A DNA stretch of 64,000 nt from Minisyncoccota bacterium (GCA_018061035.1 JAGOUX010000001.1:76249-140248), one strand, 5' to 3'. Shown: positions 18,906-28,680, numbered from the stretch's first letter. Notes: generated by a model not told the origin, from the letters alone. Numbers and translations: made by a program.

Positions 18906-19340
18906 TTAAGCTGCAAAATCCAAATCAGTTTGGGAACTCGGCAAATGCTTGTCGATCTTATTATCTCTTTGTTTGTTCATAAGTTTTGAGTACATATATC
19001 TTAGGAGCTTTAAAGATGCCTCTGTCTCAGGCATATTTTTAAATTTTGCAAGATCTCTAACTACCTTGGCAATTTCTGGCGGAAAAACCCTTTTACTTTC
19101 AAATCTCTCGAACAATTCCATCATCTCATCAGTAAGGTGTTCTACATGAATTCTTTTAATTTCTGTATTATTAGAATCTCCTGCCAATATTTCCACTTTT
19201 GTGCGGAAGATTTTCATCTTATTTTGTAACTCCTTTTCGTTGTGCCGAGCAAAAGAATCTACTTCTTGCATATTGAAATATTCGTCAAATTTATTTTTCG
19301 GATCTGGCTTGTGGTCAAAATTTAGATTTCCCTCTTGCAT
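18906..19340 (-). CDS. hypothetical protein
   Basis: 144-aa ORF with no motif recognised. Confidence 0.4.
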   Translation of the reverse strand: MQEGNLNFDHKPDPKNKFDEYFNMQEVDSFARHNEKELQNKMKIFRTKVEILAGDSNNTEIKRIHVEHLTDEMMELFERFESKRVFPPEIAKVVRDLAKFKNMPETEASLKLLRYMYSKLMNKQRDNKIDKHLPSSQTDLDFAA

Positions 19341-19499
19341 CTAAATATTATACCACTTATTGCGGAGATGGTGAGAATTTCACTACTCGGCTAAAGCCTG
19401 CGTTTTGGAACCTTGAGGTTCCAACGCTGTCGCTGCCTCCACCACGGGGAAACTCCTGTTTCCCCGACCCCTTTCCCCGTTCAAACTCACGTCTTCCTG

Positions 19500-19585
19500 C
19501 GGAGATGGTGAGATTTGAACTCACGATACCTTTTGAGTATGCCGGTTTTCGAAACCGGTGCATTCAACCACTCTGCCACATCTCC
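19500..19585 (-). tRNA. tRNA-Ser (anticodon CGA), class II with long variable arm
   Basis: Acceptor GGAGATG/CATCTCC, anticodon stem CCGGT/ACCGG with loop TTCGAAA, a long variable arm, and T-loop GTTCAAATC. Confidence 0.75.
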
Positions 19586-19596
19586 AAGATTTTAAT

Positions 19597-19616
19597 TGTG
19601 ACCTTACCGGGAATCG
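19597..19616 (-). repeat. 20-nt duplicate of the 3' end of tRNA-Glu(TTC) (att-like fragment)
   Basis: tgtgaccttaccgggaatcg is identical to 19766-19785 (tRNA-Glu 3' end plus 2 nt). Confidence 0.6.
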
Positions 19617-19767
19617 CGAGTACGCTTTCGGTCACAAGTATTTTTCTGCTGAAAAATCTCGCGACCCCGCCTCGACACCGTCGTGTCTCCGGCTTTCGAT
19701 TCTCTCCGCAAGGAGATCACTGGCGATACAAAAACCACCAGATAAAATCTGATGTTTTTTGATCGTG

Positions 19768-19839
19768 TGACCTTACCGGGAATCGAACCCGGATTACAGC
19801 CTTGAAAAGGCCGTGTCCTAACCGTTAGACGATAAGGCC
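19768..19839 (-). tRNA. tRNA-Glu (anticodon TTC)
   Basis: Acceptor GGCCTTA/TAAGGTC, anticodon stem CGGCC/GGCTG with loop TTTTCAA, and T-arm CCGGGTTCGATTCCCGG. Confidence 0.8.
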
Positions 19840-19875
19840 AAACACTATTTTGATTCTCACTCAACTTAGTTTCTA

Positions 19876-19928
19876 CCCTTTTGAAAAGGCCGTGTCCGCT
19901 CCATTTAACTTGGTTAGACGATAAGGCC
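19876..19928 (-). pseudogene. tRNA-Glu 5'-half pseudo-copy (acceptor to anticodon loop, with an expanded D-loop and no 3' half)
   Basis: GGCCTTATCGTCTAAC...GGACACGGCCTTTTCAA is shared with the intact tRNA-Glu. The D-loop carries an insertion of about 10 nt, and the 3' side of the anticodon stem is absent. Confidence 0.5.
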
Positions 19929-20025
19929 AGCGATGAAACTAAGCAAAAATATAATAACATTTATATGGAAAATTGCAAAAATTGACCCTAAACTTTAATG
20001 ATGTTAATCTTTTAGCGGAGGCAAA

Positions 20026-20244
20026 ATGGTGACACAAAGTTGTGTGAGAGAATTTTTGCGTGCAATATCTGGCGCAACAAGACCGGTCACTGATCAGACC
20101 ATGGTCACTGATCTTGGTCTGTTCCATACGACCATCGCGAAGGTTGAGATTCGTTACCGTAGAATTTTGACCATGCCCGACGAGAGCGCGGCAACCGTGC
20201 GGGACATCATTCACCAGATCGCTGGCCAAGATGACACCTTCTAG
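20026..20244 (+). CDS. hypothetical small protein (GC-rich islet)
   Basis: GGAGG is 5 nt upstream of the ATG. Composition is GC-rich. First gene of a two-gene unit. Confidence 0.4.
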   Translation: MVTQSCVREFLRAISGATRPVTDQTMVTDLGLFHTTIAKVEIRYRRILTMPDESAATVRDIIHQIAGQDDTF

Positions 20245-20253
20245 GAGAAGAAC

Positions 20254-20523
20254 ATGACTGAAGCTAATTCTTCTATTTGGTGGAGCGTGTTTTCTTTCAT
20301 CCGCTTCCACACAAACATCGAGATCGGTGAAGGCACACTGTTGTCAGACATCAAGCGTTATCCAGCAGGGCTCGTCATGTTGTGCGAGCATCACTACGGA
20401 ATCGAGCTCAACATCGACAAACCAATGTCGGAGATCACAGTGGGAAGGCTCATTCGCGCGATCTTGCAAGCTCAAGTGAGCAAAGCAAGAGAAAGGGCAA
20501 GCCAGGCTGCCTCAGAAGCCTGA
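20254..20523 (+). CDS. hypothetical small protein (GC-rich islet)
   Basis: AGGAGA RBS, 9 nt after the upstream stop. A terminator hairpin follows at 20552-20592. Confidence 0.4.
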   Translation: MTEANSSIWWSVFSFIRFHTNIEIGEGTLLSDIKRYPAGLVMLCEHHYGIELNIDKPMSEITVGRLIRAILQAQVSKARERASQAASEA

Positions 20524-20551
20524 TAGTTCTTCGGTGTATTTGCGACCAGTG

Positions 20552-20592
20552 GGCCGGATGTCTCAGACACTCCGGCCATTACTTTTTATTTT
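20552..20592 (+). terminator. rho-independent terminator (GGCCGGA-N12-TCCGGCC then a T-run)
   Basis: Read directly from the sequence. Confidence 0.6.
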
Positions 20593-20742
20593 TATATTCA
20601 AAATGAGTGTATTTAAACGAAAGCACCCCACAAAAGCTGGGCGCCTTGCGGGGTGTTGATGAAAACTATTTTATTTAAAAAAAAGAACATTTCTATTTGC
20701 CCTCCCCGCTCCGACTTTCGCCGGAGCGGGTCGCTGACATTC

Positions 20743-21129
20743 TCAGTGCAGCGTGATCTTGGGTGGTGCCTTTGGCTCCATGCCAAGGTACATCTTGCCA
20801 ATCATCATCAGGAACTCTGGCGCCGGAAGGCATGCGGCCAGAAGAACCGTCTCGTCATCGCACAGAAATACCGCAGGAACACCCTCAGTCGCTCGGTTCC
20901 CGTAACGATTGGCCGCTGTTGCCTCTTCATGCAGTTCACCAAAGTGAACTGCACAAATGTCGCTGAACTCGATGTGGTTCACCAACAACCACTCGCGAAT
21001 CTGTTCACAGCGTGGATCGTGCGGATTCGGACCGAAGTACACCCGAATATTTGGATTGACCAATTCAGTCACAATACCTCCACGAAAGAAAGCTGCCTCG
21101 GTACCATGATGGTGCGAGGCAGAGATCAA
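20743..21129 (-). CDS. thioredoxin-fold (glutaredoxin-like) protein, start uncertain (no ATG; TTG/GTG)
   Basis: beta-alpha-beta order ...IRVYFGPNPHDPRCEQIREWLL...TEGVPAVFL.DDETVL resembles the glutaredoxin layout with a single Cys. GC-rich. Confidence 0.35.
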   Translation of the reverse strand: MISASHHHGTEAAFFRGGIVTELVNPNIRVYFGPNPHDPRCEQIREWLLVNHIEFSDICAVHFGELHEEATAANRYGNRATEGVPAVFLCDDETVLLAACLPAPEFLMMIGKMYLGMEPKAPPKITLH

Positions 21130-21222
21130 AACCGATATTACACTAGAAGAAAGGACAAACGAGATGTACTCCCCGTCCTCGCTCCGACTGGTATTCGGAG
21201 CGAGGAATCGGTCAGGTGGCGC

Positions 21223-21414
21223 CTATTCGCGATCGCCGCCGCAGTTCTTGCAAATGAGCACTCCGCCGAGACGGAGAAGCGGCTCACCGCAGGTCTCGCA
21301 ACTCAACTCCACAACCTGCGAAGGACGCCGGGCGATGATCTTCTGGACCATTGCGCGGGCCGCCGCAGTCTTCGACGGGTCGAACACGAGCCCGAGTTCA
21401 GCACATGTTTGCAT
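21223..21414 (-). CDS. small zinc-ribbon protein
   Basis: AAGGAG RBS 7 nt before the ATG. Two CxxC pairs (CETCG...CKNCG). Confidence 0.5.
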   Translation of the reverse strand: MQTCAELGLVFDPSKTAAARAMVQKIIARRPSQVVELSCETCGEPLLRLGGVLICKNCGGDRE

Positions 21415-21508
21415 GGTACATCTCCTTAATCAACATAATACCCCTATTTATCAAATCTGTCAATAATATTTAATTGAAAAAGAAGAGGCATAATGCTACT
21501 CTGTCTCT

Positions 21509-22255
21509 ATGGATAATGTCCAAATAATCATATTGGCCGCGGGTAAAGGCACACGAATGAACTCCGAGGAGCCCAAGGCTCTTGCTTTGCTCAAGGGCAA
21601 GCCTTTTTTAAAGCACATACTAGAAACCCTCGAAACTCTCAACCTCGCTCTCCCGCCAGTCATTGTTGTCGGTCACAAAAAGGAGCGAATATTCGAGGTT
21701 GTCGGACCAGACTACACATATGCAAACCAGCATGAACAACTCGGCACAGGGCATGCAGTAATGTCCGCCAAAGAAAGCCTTCATGATGATCACAAAATAA
21801 TATTAGTGATCTCAACCGACCAACCTCTCATCTCAAAAGAAACAATTTTGAACATTATCGAAAAGCACAAAGCACATGGCTCTACTATCACCATGGCCAC
21901 AGCCACACTCCCCGACTTCGAGGATTGGCGCGCGGGACTGGTGAAGTTCGGCAGAATATTGCGAGATAAAAATGGCGACCTTGAAAGCATCGTGGAATTC
22001 AAAGATGCAACCGATGAGCAAAAAAATATTACCGAAGTTAATCCCGCACTGTATGCTTTTGACGCGAAGTGGCTTTGGGAAAATATTGGTAAGCTCGGCA
22101 AACAAAATGCTCAAGGCGAATACTATCTTACTGATCTGATCCACCTGGCATTCGAGCAACACAAGAATATTGAAACTGTGCCACTTTCAAACACCAACGA
22201 AGTAATCCAGCCGAATTCGCAAGAAGAGCTTGAATTATTGGAGAAATTTGCGTAA
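21509..22255 (+). CDS. sugar-phosphate nucleotidyltransferase (GlmU N-terminal-like domain only)
   Basis: LAAGKGTRM nucleotidyltransferase signature. At 248 aa it lacks the acetyltransferase hexapeptide domain. Confidence 0.7.
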   Translation: MDNVQIIILAAGKGTRMNSEEPKALALLKGKPFLKHILETLETLNLALPPVIVVGHKKERIFEVVGPDYTYANQHEQLGTGHAVMSAKESLHDDHKIILVISTDQPLISKETILNIIEKHKAHGSTITMATATLPDFEDWRAGLVKFGRILRDKNGDLESIVEFKDATDEQKNITEVNPALYAFDAKWLWENIGKLGKQNAQGEYYLTDLIHLAFEQHKNIETVPLSNTNEVIQPNSQEELELLEKFA

Positions 22256-22266
22256 AGTACATTAAT

Positions 22267-22339
22267 GCGCGGTTAGCTCAGTTGGTAGAGCGACCCCTTG
22301 ACGTGGGGTAGGCCACAGGTTCGAATCCTGTATCGCGCA
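22267..22339 (+). tRNA. tRNA-Val (anticodon GAC)
   Basis: Acceptor GCGCGGT/ATCGCGC, D-arm GCTCAGTTGGTAGAGC, anticodon stem ACCCC/GGGGT with loop TTGACGT, and T-arm ACAGGTTCGAATCCTGT. Confidence 0.85.
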
Positions 22340-22346
22340 CAGCTTT

Positions 22347-23408
22347 ATGAAAATCTTATCAATCGAAACATCCTGCGACGACACAGGGATCAGCATACTA
22401 GAAGCAAAAGGAGCAATCAAAAATGCTTCGTTTAAAGTACTGGCAAATTATCTTTCTTCTCAGACCTTGATACATGCCCCATATGGAGGCGTTTTCCCCG
22501 CCCTCGCAAAACGAGAGCATATCAAAAACCTGCCACTACTTTTGAACAAAGCTCTTACAAAAACAAAATTAGATAAAAAAATAAAACCAGTAGACCTCAT
22601 AGTTGTAACTTCTGGTCCGGGACTCGAGCCAGCATTGTGGACCGGAATTGTTTTCGCCAAAGAGCTTGCCACAAAATGGAAAGTTCCTCTCCTTCCGGTC
22701 AACCACATGCAAGGACACATACTTTCTGTTTTCGGCAAAAATAAAGGAACATTTAAACTGGGTAAGGTAGCTGACCCAGTCATATCTCTGCTCGTCTCGG
22801 GTGGACACACTGAACTAGTCCTAACTAAAAACTGGACCAAGAACAAGATCCTCGGGCAAACACTTGATGATGCAGCCGGTGAAGCATTTGATAAAGTTGC
22901 GCGAATGATGGGCCTACCATACCCCGGCGGACCAGAAATTTCTAGGCTAGCAAGTTCTGTCCGCAAATCCCGTGAAGGACAGTCCTTCACGTTCCCTCGC
23001 CCTATGATGTATACGAAGAATTTTGATTTCTCTTTTTCTGGACTCAAAACATCTGTTTTATATTTCATACAAAAACTCCCAACACTTACCGAGGAAATGA
23101 AGAAAAAGATTTCTCTCGAGTTCGAAAATGCAGTGGTGGAAACTTTAGTATATAAAACCAAAAAAGCCGTCGAAAAGTACGACGCCAAGACACTCATAGT
23201 CGGTGGTGGAGTATCGGCAAACAAATATCTTAAGAGTGAAATTAAAAAAGCACTCAAAGGAATAACAATACTATTCCCAGAGCGTGGTCTTTCTATGGAT
23301 AATGCAGTTATGATAGGTACCGCTGGCTACATAGAATACTTGAAAAAGGAAGGAAAAGTTGGAAATGGAAAAAACATAAAAGCTGATGGTAATCTCAAAT
23401 TAAGCTAG
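22347..23408 (+). CDS. tsaD: tRNA N6-adenosine threonylcarbamoyltransferase
   Basis: HMQGHI metal-binding motif and the Kae1/TsaD family layout, 353 aa. Confidence 0.85.
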   Translation: MKILSIETSCDDTGISILEAKGAIKNASFKVLANYLSSQTLIHAPYGGVFPALAKREHIKNLPLLLNKALTKTKLDKKIKPVDLIVVTSGPGLEPALWTGIVFAKELATKWKVPLLPVNHMQGHILSVFGKNKGTFKLGKVADPVISLLVSGGHTELVLTKNWTKNKILGQTLDDAAGEAFDKVARMMGLPYPGGPEISRLASSVRKSREGQSFTFPRPMMYTKNFDFSFSGLKTSVLYFIQKLPTLTEEMKKKISLEFENAVVETLVYKTKKAVEKYDAKTLIVGGGVSANKYLKSEIKKALKGITILFPERGLSMDNAVMIGTAGYIEYLKKEGKVGNGKNIKADGNLKLS

Positions 23409-23440
23409 AAAAACCATATTTTGTGTGATACTATGGTTGA

Positions 23441-25597
23441 ATGAACGAAAAACTGCTCAAGCCCTACGACCCGAAAAATACAGAAAATCGCATATATAAA
23501 CTTTGGGAAGAAAGTGGTTTTTTTAATCCTGACAATGTGCCAGGAGAAAAGAAAGAGAGCTTCACCATAATCATGCCGCCAGTAAATGCCAATGGTTCTC
23601 TACATGCAGGACATGGCCTAGTGATGACCATCGAGGACATTATGGTTCGATATAAAAGAATGCAGGGATACAAAACTCTCTGGCTCCCCGGTCTAGACCA
23701 TGCAGGATTCGAAACCCAAGTGGTGTATGAGAAGAAACTTGAAAAAGAGGATCGTACACGATTCGGAATGGATCCGAAAGTTCTTTATAAAGAAATTCTG
23801 GACTTCACTCTAGCCAACTCAACTCACATAAAATCCCAGATAAGAAAAATGGGAGCTTCTTGTGACTGGTCTCGAGAAAAATTCACTCTCGATGACAGCA
23901 TAGTTAAAACAGTCTACCAAACATTCAAAAGAATGAGCGAGGATGACCTAATTTACCGAGGCAGTAGAATAGTAAGCTGGTGTTCCAAACATCAGACTTC
24001 CTTTTCTGATCTCGAGATCAAAGACGAAGAAAGAGTGGATAGTTTTTATTATTTGAAATACGGTCCATTCACTATCGCCACCGCCCGACCCGAAACGAAG
24101 TTTGGTGATAAGTATGTAGTTATGCATCCAGACGATACGAGATACGCAGAATATACCAACGGTCAAAAAATAAATCTCGAATGGATTAATGGCCCGATTG
24201 AAGCAACAATAATAAAGGATACAGCTGTTGATATGGAGTTTGGTACTGGAGTTATGACGATAACCCCATGGCATGACAATGCTGACTTTGAAATTGCAGA
24301 ACGACATGGTTTAGACAAGGAACAAGTTATCGACGAGAACGGCAAGCTCCTCCCTATAGCGGGAGAATTCGCTGGTCAACACATCAAGAAAGCTCGTCCT
24401 CTCATTATCGAGAAGCTTCAGACAAAAGGACTAGTTGAAAAAGTAGACGAGAATTATAAACACGTTGTTAGAACCTGCTATAAGTGTGGAACTGTGATCG
24501 AACCACAAATTAAAAGTCAGTGGTTCGTAAAAATGAAGCCCCTCGCAGAAAAAGCTCTAGCTAAAATTCAAAATGGAGAGATCACCTACCTTCCTGAACA
24601 CTACAAAAAGATCACCACATATTGGCTAGAAAATATAATGGACTGGAATATTTCCCGACAAATTGTCTGGGGTATCCCAATACCTGCAAAGATATGTACA
24701 GTATGCAAACACGGTATGGTAGACCTCGAGAATAAGGTTACTGCATGTGAGAAATGTGCTGGTGCCGTAGTACAAGACAATGATACATTTGATACATGGT
24801 TCTCTTCTAGTCAGTGGCCGTATGTATCACTCGGATATCCGGATTCACCAGATTTCAAAACTTTTTATCCAACTAATGTAATGGAGACAGGTGGAGATAT
24901 TATCTTTTTTTGGGTAGCTCGAATGATTATGTTGGGTCTTTATGTCACAGGTGAAGTTCCCTTCAAAACAGTTTATCTTCACGGTATGGTACTAGATGCC
25001 AAAAGCCAGAAGATGAGTAAGAGTAAAGGCAATGTTATCGATCCATTGACCCTTACAGATCAGTTTGGAACTGATGCATTTCGAATGGGTATGATCGTGG
25101 GAAATACTCCTGGTACTTCCCTAGCTCTTTCTCCTGATAAGATTCGTGGGTATAAGAATTTTGCCAACAAAATCTGGAATGCGACACGATTCGTACTCGA
25201 CAACACAAAAGATTTCGATATGACTTCTCTCCCAAAATATGACGAAGAGGATGCAAAGTCAGATGATGAACTCAAAACTCTCATAGCAGAAATCACAAAA
25301 GAAATGGACGAATACAAATTCTACATCGTTGCTGAGAAACTTTACCATTATTTCTGGCATACATTTGCTGATGTCATCATCGAAAGATCTAAGAAAAAAA
25401 TCATCGAAGGCGAACAGACTGGCGCAAATACAGACTCCGCTAAAGCTCTTTTATACTCTCAGCTTACAACCCTACTCAGAGCACTTCATCCATTTATACC
25501 GTTTGTAACCGAAGAAATATGGTCCATGCTTCCAGATAGCAAAAACCTGCTTATGATAGAAAATTGGCCTTTTTCTCAAACACAGGGTAAACTATAG
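23441..25597 (+). CDS. valS: valine--tRNA ligase
   Basis: Class I motifs PPVNANGSLHAGHG (HIGH) and KMSKS. The editing-domain region and an immediately upstream tRNA-Val are consistent. At 718 aa it is shorter than typical ValS. Confidence 0.8.
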   Translation: MNEKLLKPYDPKNTENRIYKLWEESGFFNPDNVPGEKKESFTIIMPPVNANGSLHAGHGLVMTIEDIMVRYKRMQGYKTLWLPGLDHAGFETQVVYEKKLEKEDRTRFGMDPKVLYKEILDFTLANSTHIKSQIRKMGASCDWSREKFTLDDSIVKTVYQTFKRMSEDDLIYRGSRIVSWCSKHQTSFSDLEIKDEERVDSFYYLKYGPFTIATARPETKFGDKYVVMHPDDTRYAEYTNGQKINLEWINGPIEATIIKDTAVDMEFGTGVMTITPWHDNADFEIAERHGLDKEQVIDENGKLLPIAGEFAGQHIKKARPLIIEKLQTKGLVEKVDENYKHVVRTCYKCGTVIEPQIKSQWFVKMKPLAEKALAKIQNGEITYLPEHYKKITTYWLENIMDWNISRQIVWGIPIPAKICTVCKHGMVDLENKVTACEKCAGAVVQDNDTFDTWFSSSQWPYVSLGYPDSPDFKTFYPTNVMETGGDIIFFWVARMIMLGLYVTGEVPFKTVYLHGMVLDAKSQKMSKSKGNVIDPLTLTDQFGTDAFRMGMIVGNTPGTSLALSPDKIRGYKNFANKIWNATRFVLDNTKDFDMTSLPKYDEEDAKSDDELKTLIAEITKEMDEYKFYIVAEKLYHYFWHTFADVIIERSKKKIIEGEQTGANTDSAKALLYSQLTTLLRALHPFIPFVTEEIWSMLPDSKNLLMIENWPFSQTQGKL

Positions 25598-25600
25598 CAA

Positions 25601-26287
25601 ATGCTATCCGGCAATCCAAAAATCATCGGTTTAGCGATCTTGGGAGGGATCACTCCTTCCTTGCTCTGGTTGTGGTTTTGGCTCAAAGAAGACAAGAAGA
25701 ATCCCGAGCCTCGGGGACTGCTGACTCTTGTATTCGTAATGGGAATGCTGGCAGTGATATTGGTCATACCTATTCAAAGATTTCTACAATCATTCACCCC
25801 TGGTGAAACCTGGGACTTTATACTATTAGCTGCGGCCGAAGAAATAATTAAATATGCTGCGGTGGTGGTATTTCTCTTCAGTAATGATTCTACCGATGAG
25901 CCTATCGATTGGCCGATCTACTTAATCACTGCAGCACTTGGTTTTGCAGCACTTGAAAATACGCTATATCTCATGAAGCCAATATCTCTTGGTCAAACCA
26001 CAGTTGGATTGCTGACAGGACAGCTTAGATTCCTTGGATCGACATTATTGCACACTGTATCAAGCGGAATTGTGGGTATTGCCTTGGGCTTTTCAATCCA
26101 TATGCACCGAGCCAAACAAAATTTGTATTTATTATTCGGACTTATCATTGCTATTACCTTGCATAGCGCATTTAATTTTTTTATAATTAAGAATAACGGA
26201 AGTGATTTCTTAAAAGTCTTTGCTTTCTTGTGGGTCGTCACGATAATGGTAATGCTCGTATTTGAAAAATTAAGAAGAATGGTTTAA
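25601..26287 (+). CDS. polytopic membrane protein, possibly PrsW-family intramembrane protease
   Basis: 228 aa with about 6 TM helices. The AAEEIIKY (EExxK) motif and a conserved His in TM are weak evidence. Confidence 0.35.
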   Translation: MLSGNPKIIGLAILGGITPSLLWLWFWLKEDKKNPEPRGLLTLVFVMGMLAVILVIPIQRFLQSFTPGETWDFILLAAAEEIIKYAAVVVFLFSNDSTDEPIDWPIYLITAALGFAALENTLYLMKPISLGQTTVGLLTGQLRFLGSTLLHTVSSGIVGIALGFSIHMHRAKQNLYLLFGLIIAITLHSAFNFFIIKNNGSDFLKVFAFLWVVTIMVMLVFEKLRRMV

Positions 26288-26352
26288 TAATTCTGCCCGA
26301 AAGGCGGACCAGTCCAAAGAGACTGAAATTAATATAATAAATTTAAAATATT

Positions 26353-26838
26353 ATGAGCGAAAATAAAAAAAGAAGTTTTTTTGATCGACTAACAGGAGCA
26401 AATCAAATAGAAGAGGAAGAAGAGAGACCTGATACTAGAAAAAACGCCCTAAAAGGTATAAAGGACGATAAGACTGGAGAGAAAAACTGGATGGAAGAAG
26501 AAAACGATGAAGCTGAATTAACAGTAGATGTATACCAGACCGCCAATGACATCGTGATTCAGACTATGGTCGCTGGTGTAAAGCCAGATGATCTAGATTT
26601 AACCATTGCTAGAGATATGATCACTATTCGTGGCAAACGCGAAGAGCATAGAAATATCGACGAAGAAAATTATTTTACCAAAGAACTCTACTGGGGTAAA
26701 TTTTCTCGAACTATTTCCCTACCACAAGAGGTAGAACCAGAAGAAGTCGAAGCCACCGAGAAACACGGTCTACTCACAATAAAAATCCAAAAAGTAGACA
26801 AAGAAAAGAAAAACTCTATTCGAGTAAAATCTATCTAA
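26353..26838 (+). CDS. Hsp20/alpha-crystallin family small heat-shock protein
   Basis: Central alpha-crystallin domain (DVYQT...DLDLTIARDMITIRGKREE...G.F.R.I.LP) with a disordered acidic N-terminus. Confidence 0.8.
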   Translation: MSENKKRSFFDRLTGANQIEEEEERPDTRKNALKGIKDDKTGEKNWMEEENDEAELTVDVYQTANDIVIQTMVAGVKPDDLDLTIARDMITIRGKREEHRNIDEENYFTKELYWGKFSRTISLPQEVEPEEVEATEKHGLLTIKIQKVDKEKKNSIRVKSI

Positions 26839-26909
26839 AGCCTTACTCTATTATGTAACATAATGCCCGACCTAGGCATTATACTTGTGTGATCACGTTA
26901 TAAATAAAT

Positions 26910-27398
26910 ATGAACCCGGACAAAGTTGCACTCGAGAAGCTGTGGGACGAAAATACTCCCAAATTGTATGGCTATCTCATAAATACCTTGAAGGATCGTT
27001 CGCTGGCGGATGATATCCTGCAAGGCACATGGGTCAAGGCGATCGAGGCCTTGCCTCAATATACTAATCGCGGAAACTTCTCTGCTTGGTTATTTAGTAT
27101 TGCCAAAAATGAGATGAGAATGCATTGGCGCAAAGGAGGGCGTGAAGTAGAGTACACCCCAGAAGTTCATGACGAAATAAAACATGATGAATATCATGAA
27201 GATAAAATATTTGTTAGCCAGATTCTTGAAAATTTACCCGCTGACGATCAAGAGACAATCAGACTACGGTATATTGCCGACTTATCTTTTGGAGAAATTG
27301 CCAAAATACTTGGCATAAATCAAATAAATATTCGTGTCCGAATGCATCGCATATTAAAAAATGTTAGAGCGAGTATTAACATACAAAATCATGAATAA
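26910..27398 (+). CDS. RNA polymerase sigma-70 factor, ECF subfamily
   Basis: Region 2 (WVKAIEAL...AWLFSIAKN) and region 4 HTH (LSFGEIAKILGINQINIRVRMHR). Confidence 0.8.
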   Translation: MNPDKVALEKLWDENTPKLYGYLINTLKDRSLADDILQGTWVKAIEALPQYTNRGNFSAWLFSIAKNEMRMHWRKGGREVEYTPEVHDEIKHDEYHEDKIFVSQILENLPADDQETIRLRYIADLSFGEIAKILGINQINIRVRMHRILKNVRASINIQNHE

Positions 27399-28260
27399 AA
27401 TGGACATGCATAAAATTTTAAAGACTTGGGGTAAAAATAATCAAGAATTACCCAAATCACACGAAACTCTCAAGAGAGATATCTTTTCTAAGGTTAATTT
27501 TTCACCTATTTCTTTTCGAGAAAAATCTCCTACTCCATGGCTATCACTAGGATTCGCCGTGCTCGCAATCGTAATCACAATCAATCACACAATACGGCCG
27601 GCTGGCACCATGACCAATATTTCCCTTCCCGTTGCTCCGACATCCTTGCTCATGAATAATACAAATCCGGAAATGTCTGCGACAAATGAAGTCGGAGATG
27701 CCACATTATTTTCCACCACAACTATGCCTGGATTCGATCGAAAAGTAAGTCCACCTATTTCTGATGCTCGAGAATTTCTACAAACCTTCTACAATGCTGA
27801 TATAAGTGCCACAAATGTAATTACCATCATACCGAAGGTAGAAATGGCTATAAGAGGCTCAGGTGGCCGTATAGACACCATCAAAAGTGGAGACCAGACT
27901 GGATATATAGCTTTTGCACTACCTGAACGTAAGTTTAAGCAATTCAAAAATGAAGTTAGAAATATCGCCGGTAATAAATTCATCTTAGAAAACATAAGTT
28001 CAGAAAATATGTTGGCTCAAAAAATATCTATTGAAGAGCGACAAGAACAAAGTGAAGTCTACCTGCACGTAGACGAAGAAGCTCTATCATTTGCAAAGAG
28101 TATTGCCACTGTAAATGGCAGTATATCCTTCCATAAGATTAACTTTTGGGAAATGTGTGACCTATATATTCCAGGCCCACTACTAGCATGGATAATGGCA
28201 ATAGCTTCTTTGGTCTCATATATCAAACGCAAAGAAATCCTAGAATCACTTCAGGATTAA
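27391..28260 (+). CDS. putative membrane anti-sigma factor
   Basis: Its start overlaps the sigma gene stop by 8 nt. It has a short cytoplasmic N-terminus, one TM helix and an extracytoplasmic domain. Function is inferred from context only. Confidence 0.4.
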   Translation: MNKMDMHKILKTWGKNNQELPKSHETLKRDIFSKVNFSPISFREKSPTPWLSLGFAVLAIVITINHTIRPAGTMTNISLPVAPTSLLMNNTNPEMSATNEVGDATLFSTTTMPGFDRKVSPPISDAREFLQTFYNADISATNVITIIPKVEMAIRGSGGRIDTIKSGDQTGYIAFALPERKFKQFKNEVRNIAGNKFILENISSENMLAQKISIEERQEQSEVYLHVDEEALSFAKSIATVNGSISFHKINFWEMCDLYIPGPLLAWIMAIASLVSYIKRKEILESLQD

Positions 28261-28281
28261 AACATACTGAGTTATTATTTG

Positions 28282-28354
28282 TGCCGAGGACCAGAGTTGA
28301 ACTGGTGACATCTCCCTCTTCAGGGGAGCGCTCTACCAACTGAGCTACCTCGGC
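28282..28354 (-). tRNA. tRNA-Phe (anticodon GAA)
   Basis: Acceptor GCCGAGG/CCTCGGC, D-arm AGCTCAGTTGGTAGAGC, anticodon stem CTCCC/GGGAG with loop CTGAAGA. Confidence 0.85.
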
Positions 28355-28422
28355 ATATTCTACTTATTGTAACTTAATTTGCGTATACCTACCAAAACAG
28401 CTACCTCGGCATATTCTACTTA

Positions 28423-28680
28423 CTACTTGTTAAAACTTTTGAAAAATTCTCCTATGCTGTCGAGGTTACTTTTAGCACCACCGTACGCATTTGCTATCTG
28501 GTCTACATATGGCTGTATGAAGTACCACGCTCCAATAGCAGAACCAATTATGAATACCCAATAAATAATGCTCATTATTCTTCTTGTTCTCATTGAACTA
28601 TGAAGAGATTTGAGCATTCTGTTGTTTTCTACTGTGAGACTGTGAGTCTCTTCTAACAACTTTTTTGTTTCAGGATCCAC
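28423..28680 (-). CDS. small membrane protein, hypothetical
   Basis: 85-aa ORF with one TM helix. Confidence 0.35.
   Translation of the reverse strand: MDPETKKLLEETHSLTVENNRMLKSLHSSMRTRRIMSIIYWVFIIGSAIGAWYFIQPYVDQIANAYGGAKSNLDSIGEFFKSFNK

Noticed and set aside
19939-20310. 123-aa minus-strand ORF
   Set aside because: It overlaps two tandem plus-strand small genes that each have a canonical RBS and a shared terminator. The minus ORF has no RBS.
20653-21429. 258-aa plus-strand ORF spanning the GC-rich islet
   Set aside because: It overlaps two better-supported minus-strand genes (a thioredoxin-fold ORF and a zinc-ribbon ORF with an AAGGAG RBS). Long spurious ORFs are expected in GC-rich DNA.
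22460-23257. 265-aa ORF antisense to tsaD
   Set aside because: It is antisense to a conserved housekeeping gene and has no independent support.
23441-25597. Alternative call as IleS or LeuS
   Set aside because: The HIGH-region context PPVNANGSLHAGH fits ValS better than IleS (PPYANG..H.GH) or LeuS (which is separately present at 38321-40894). tRNA-Val lies just upstream.
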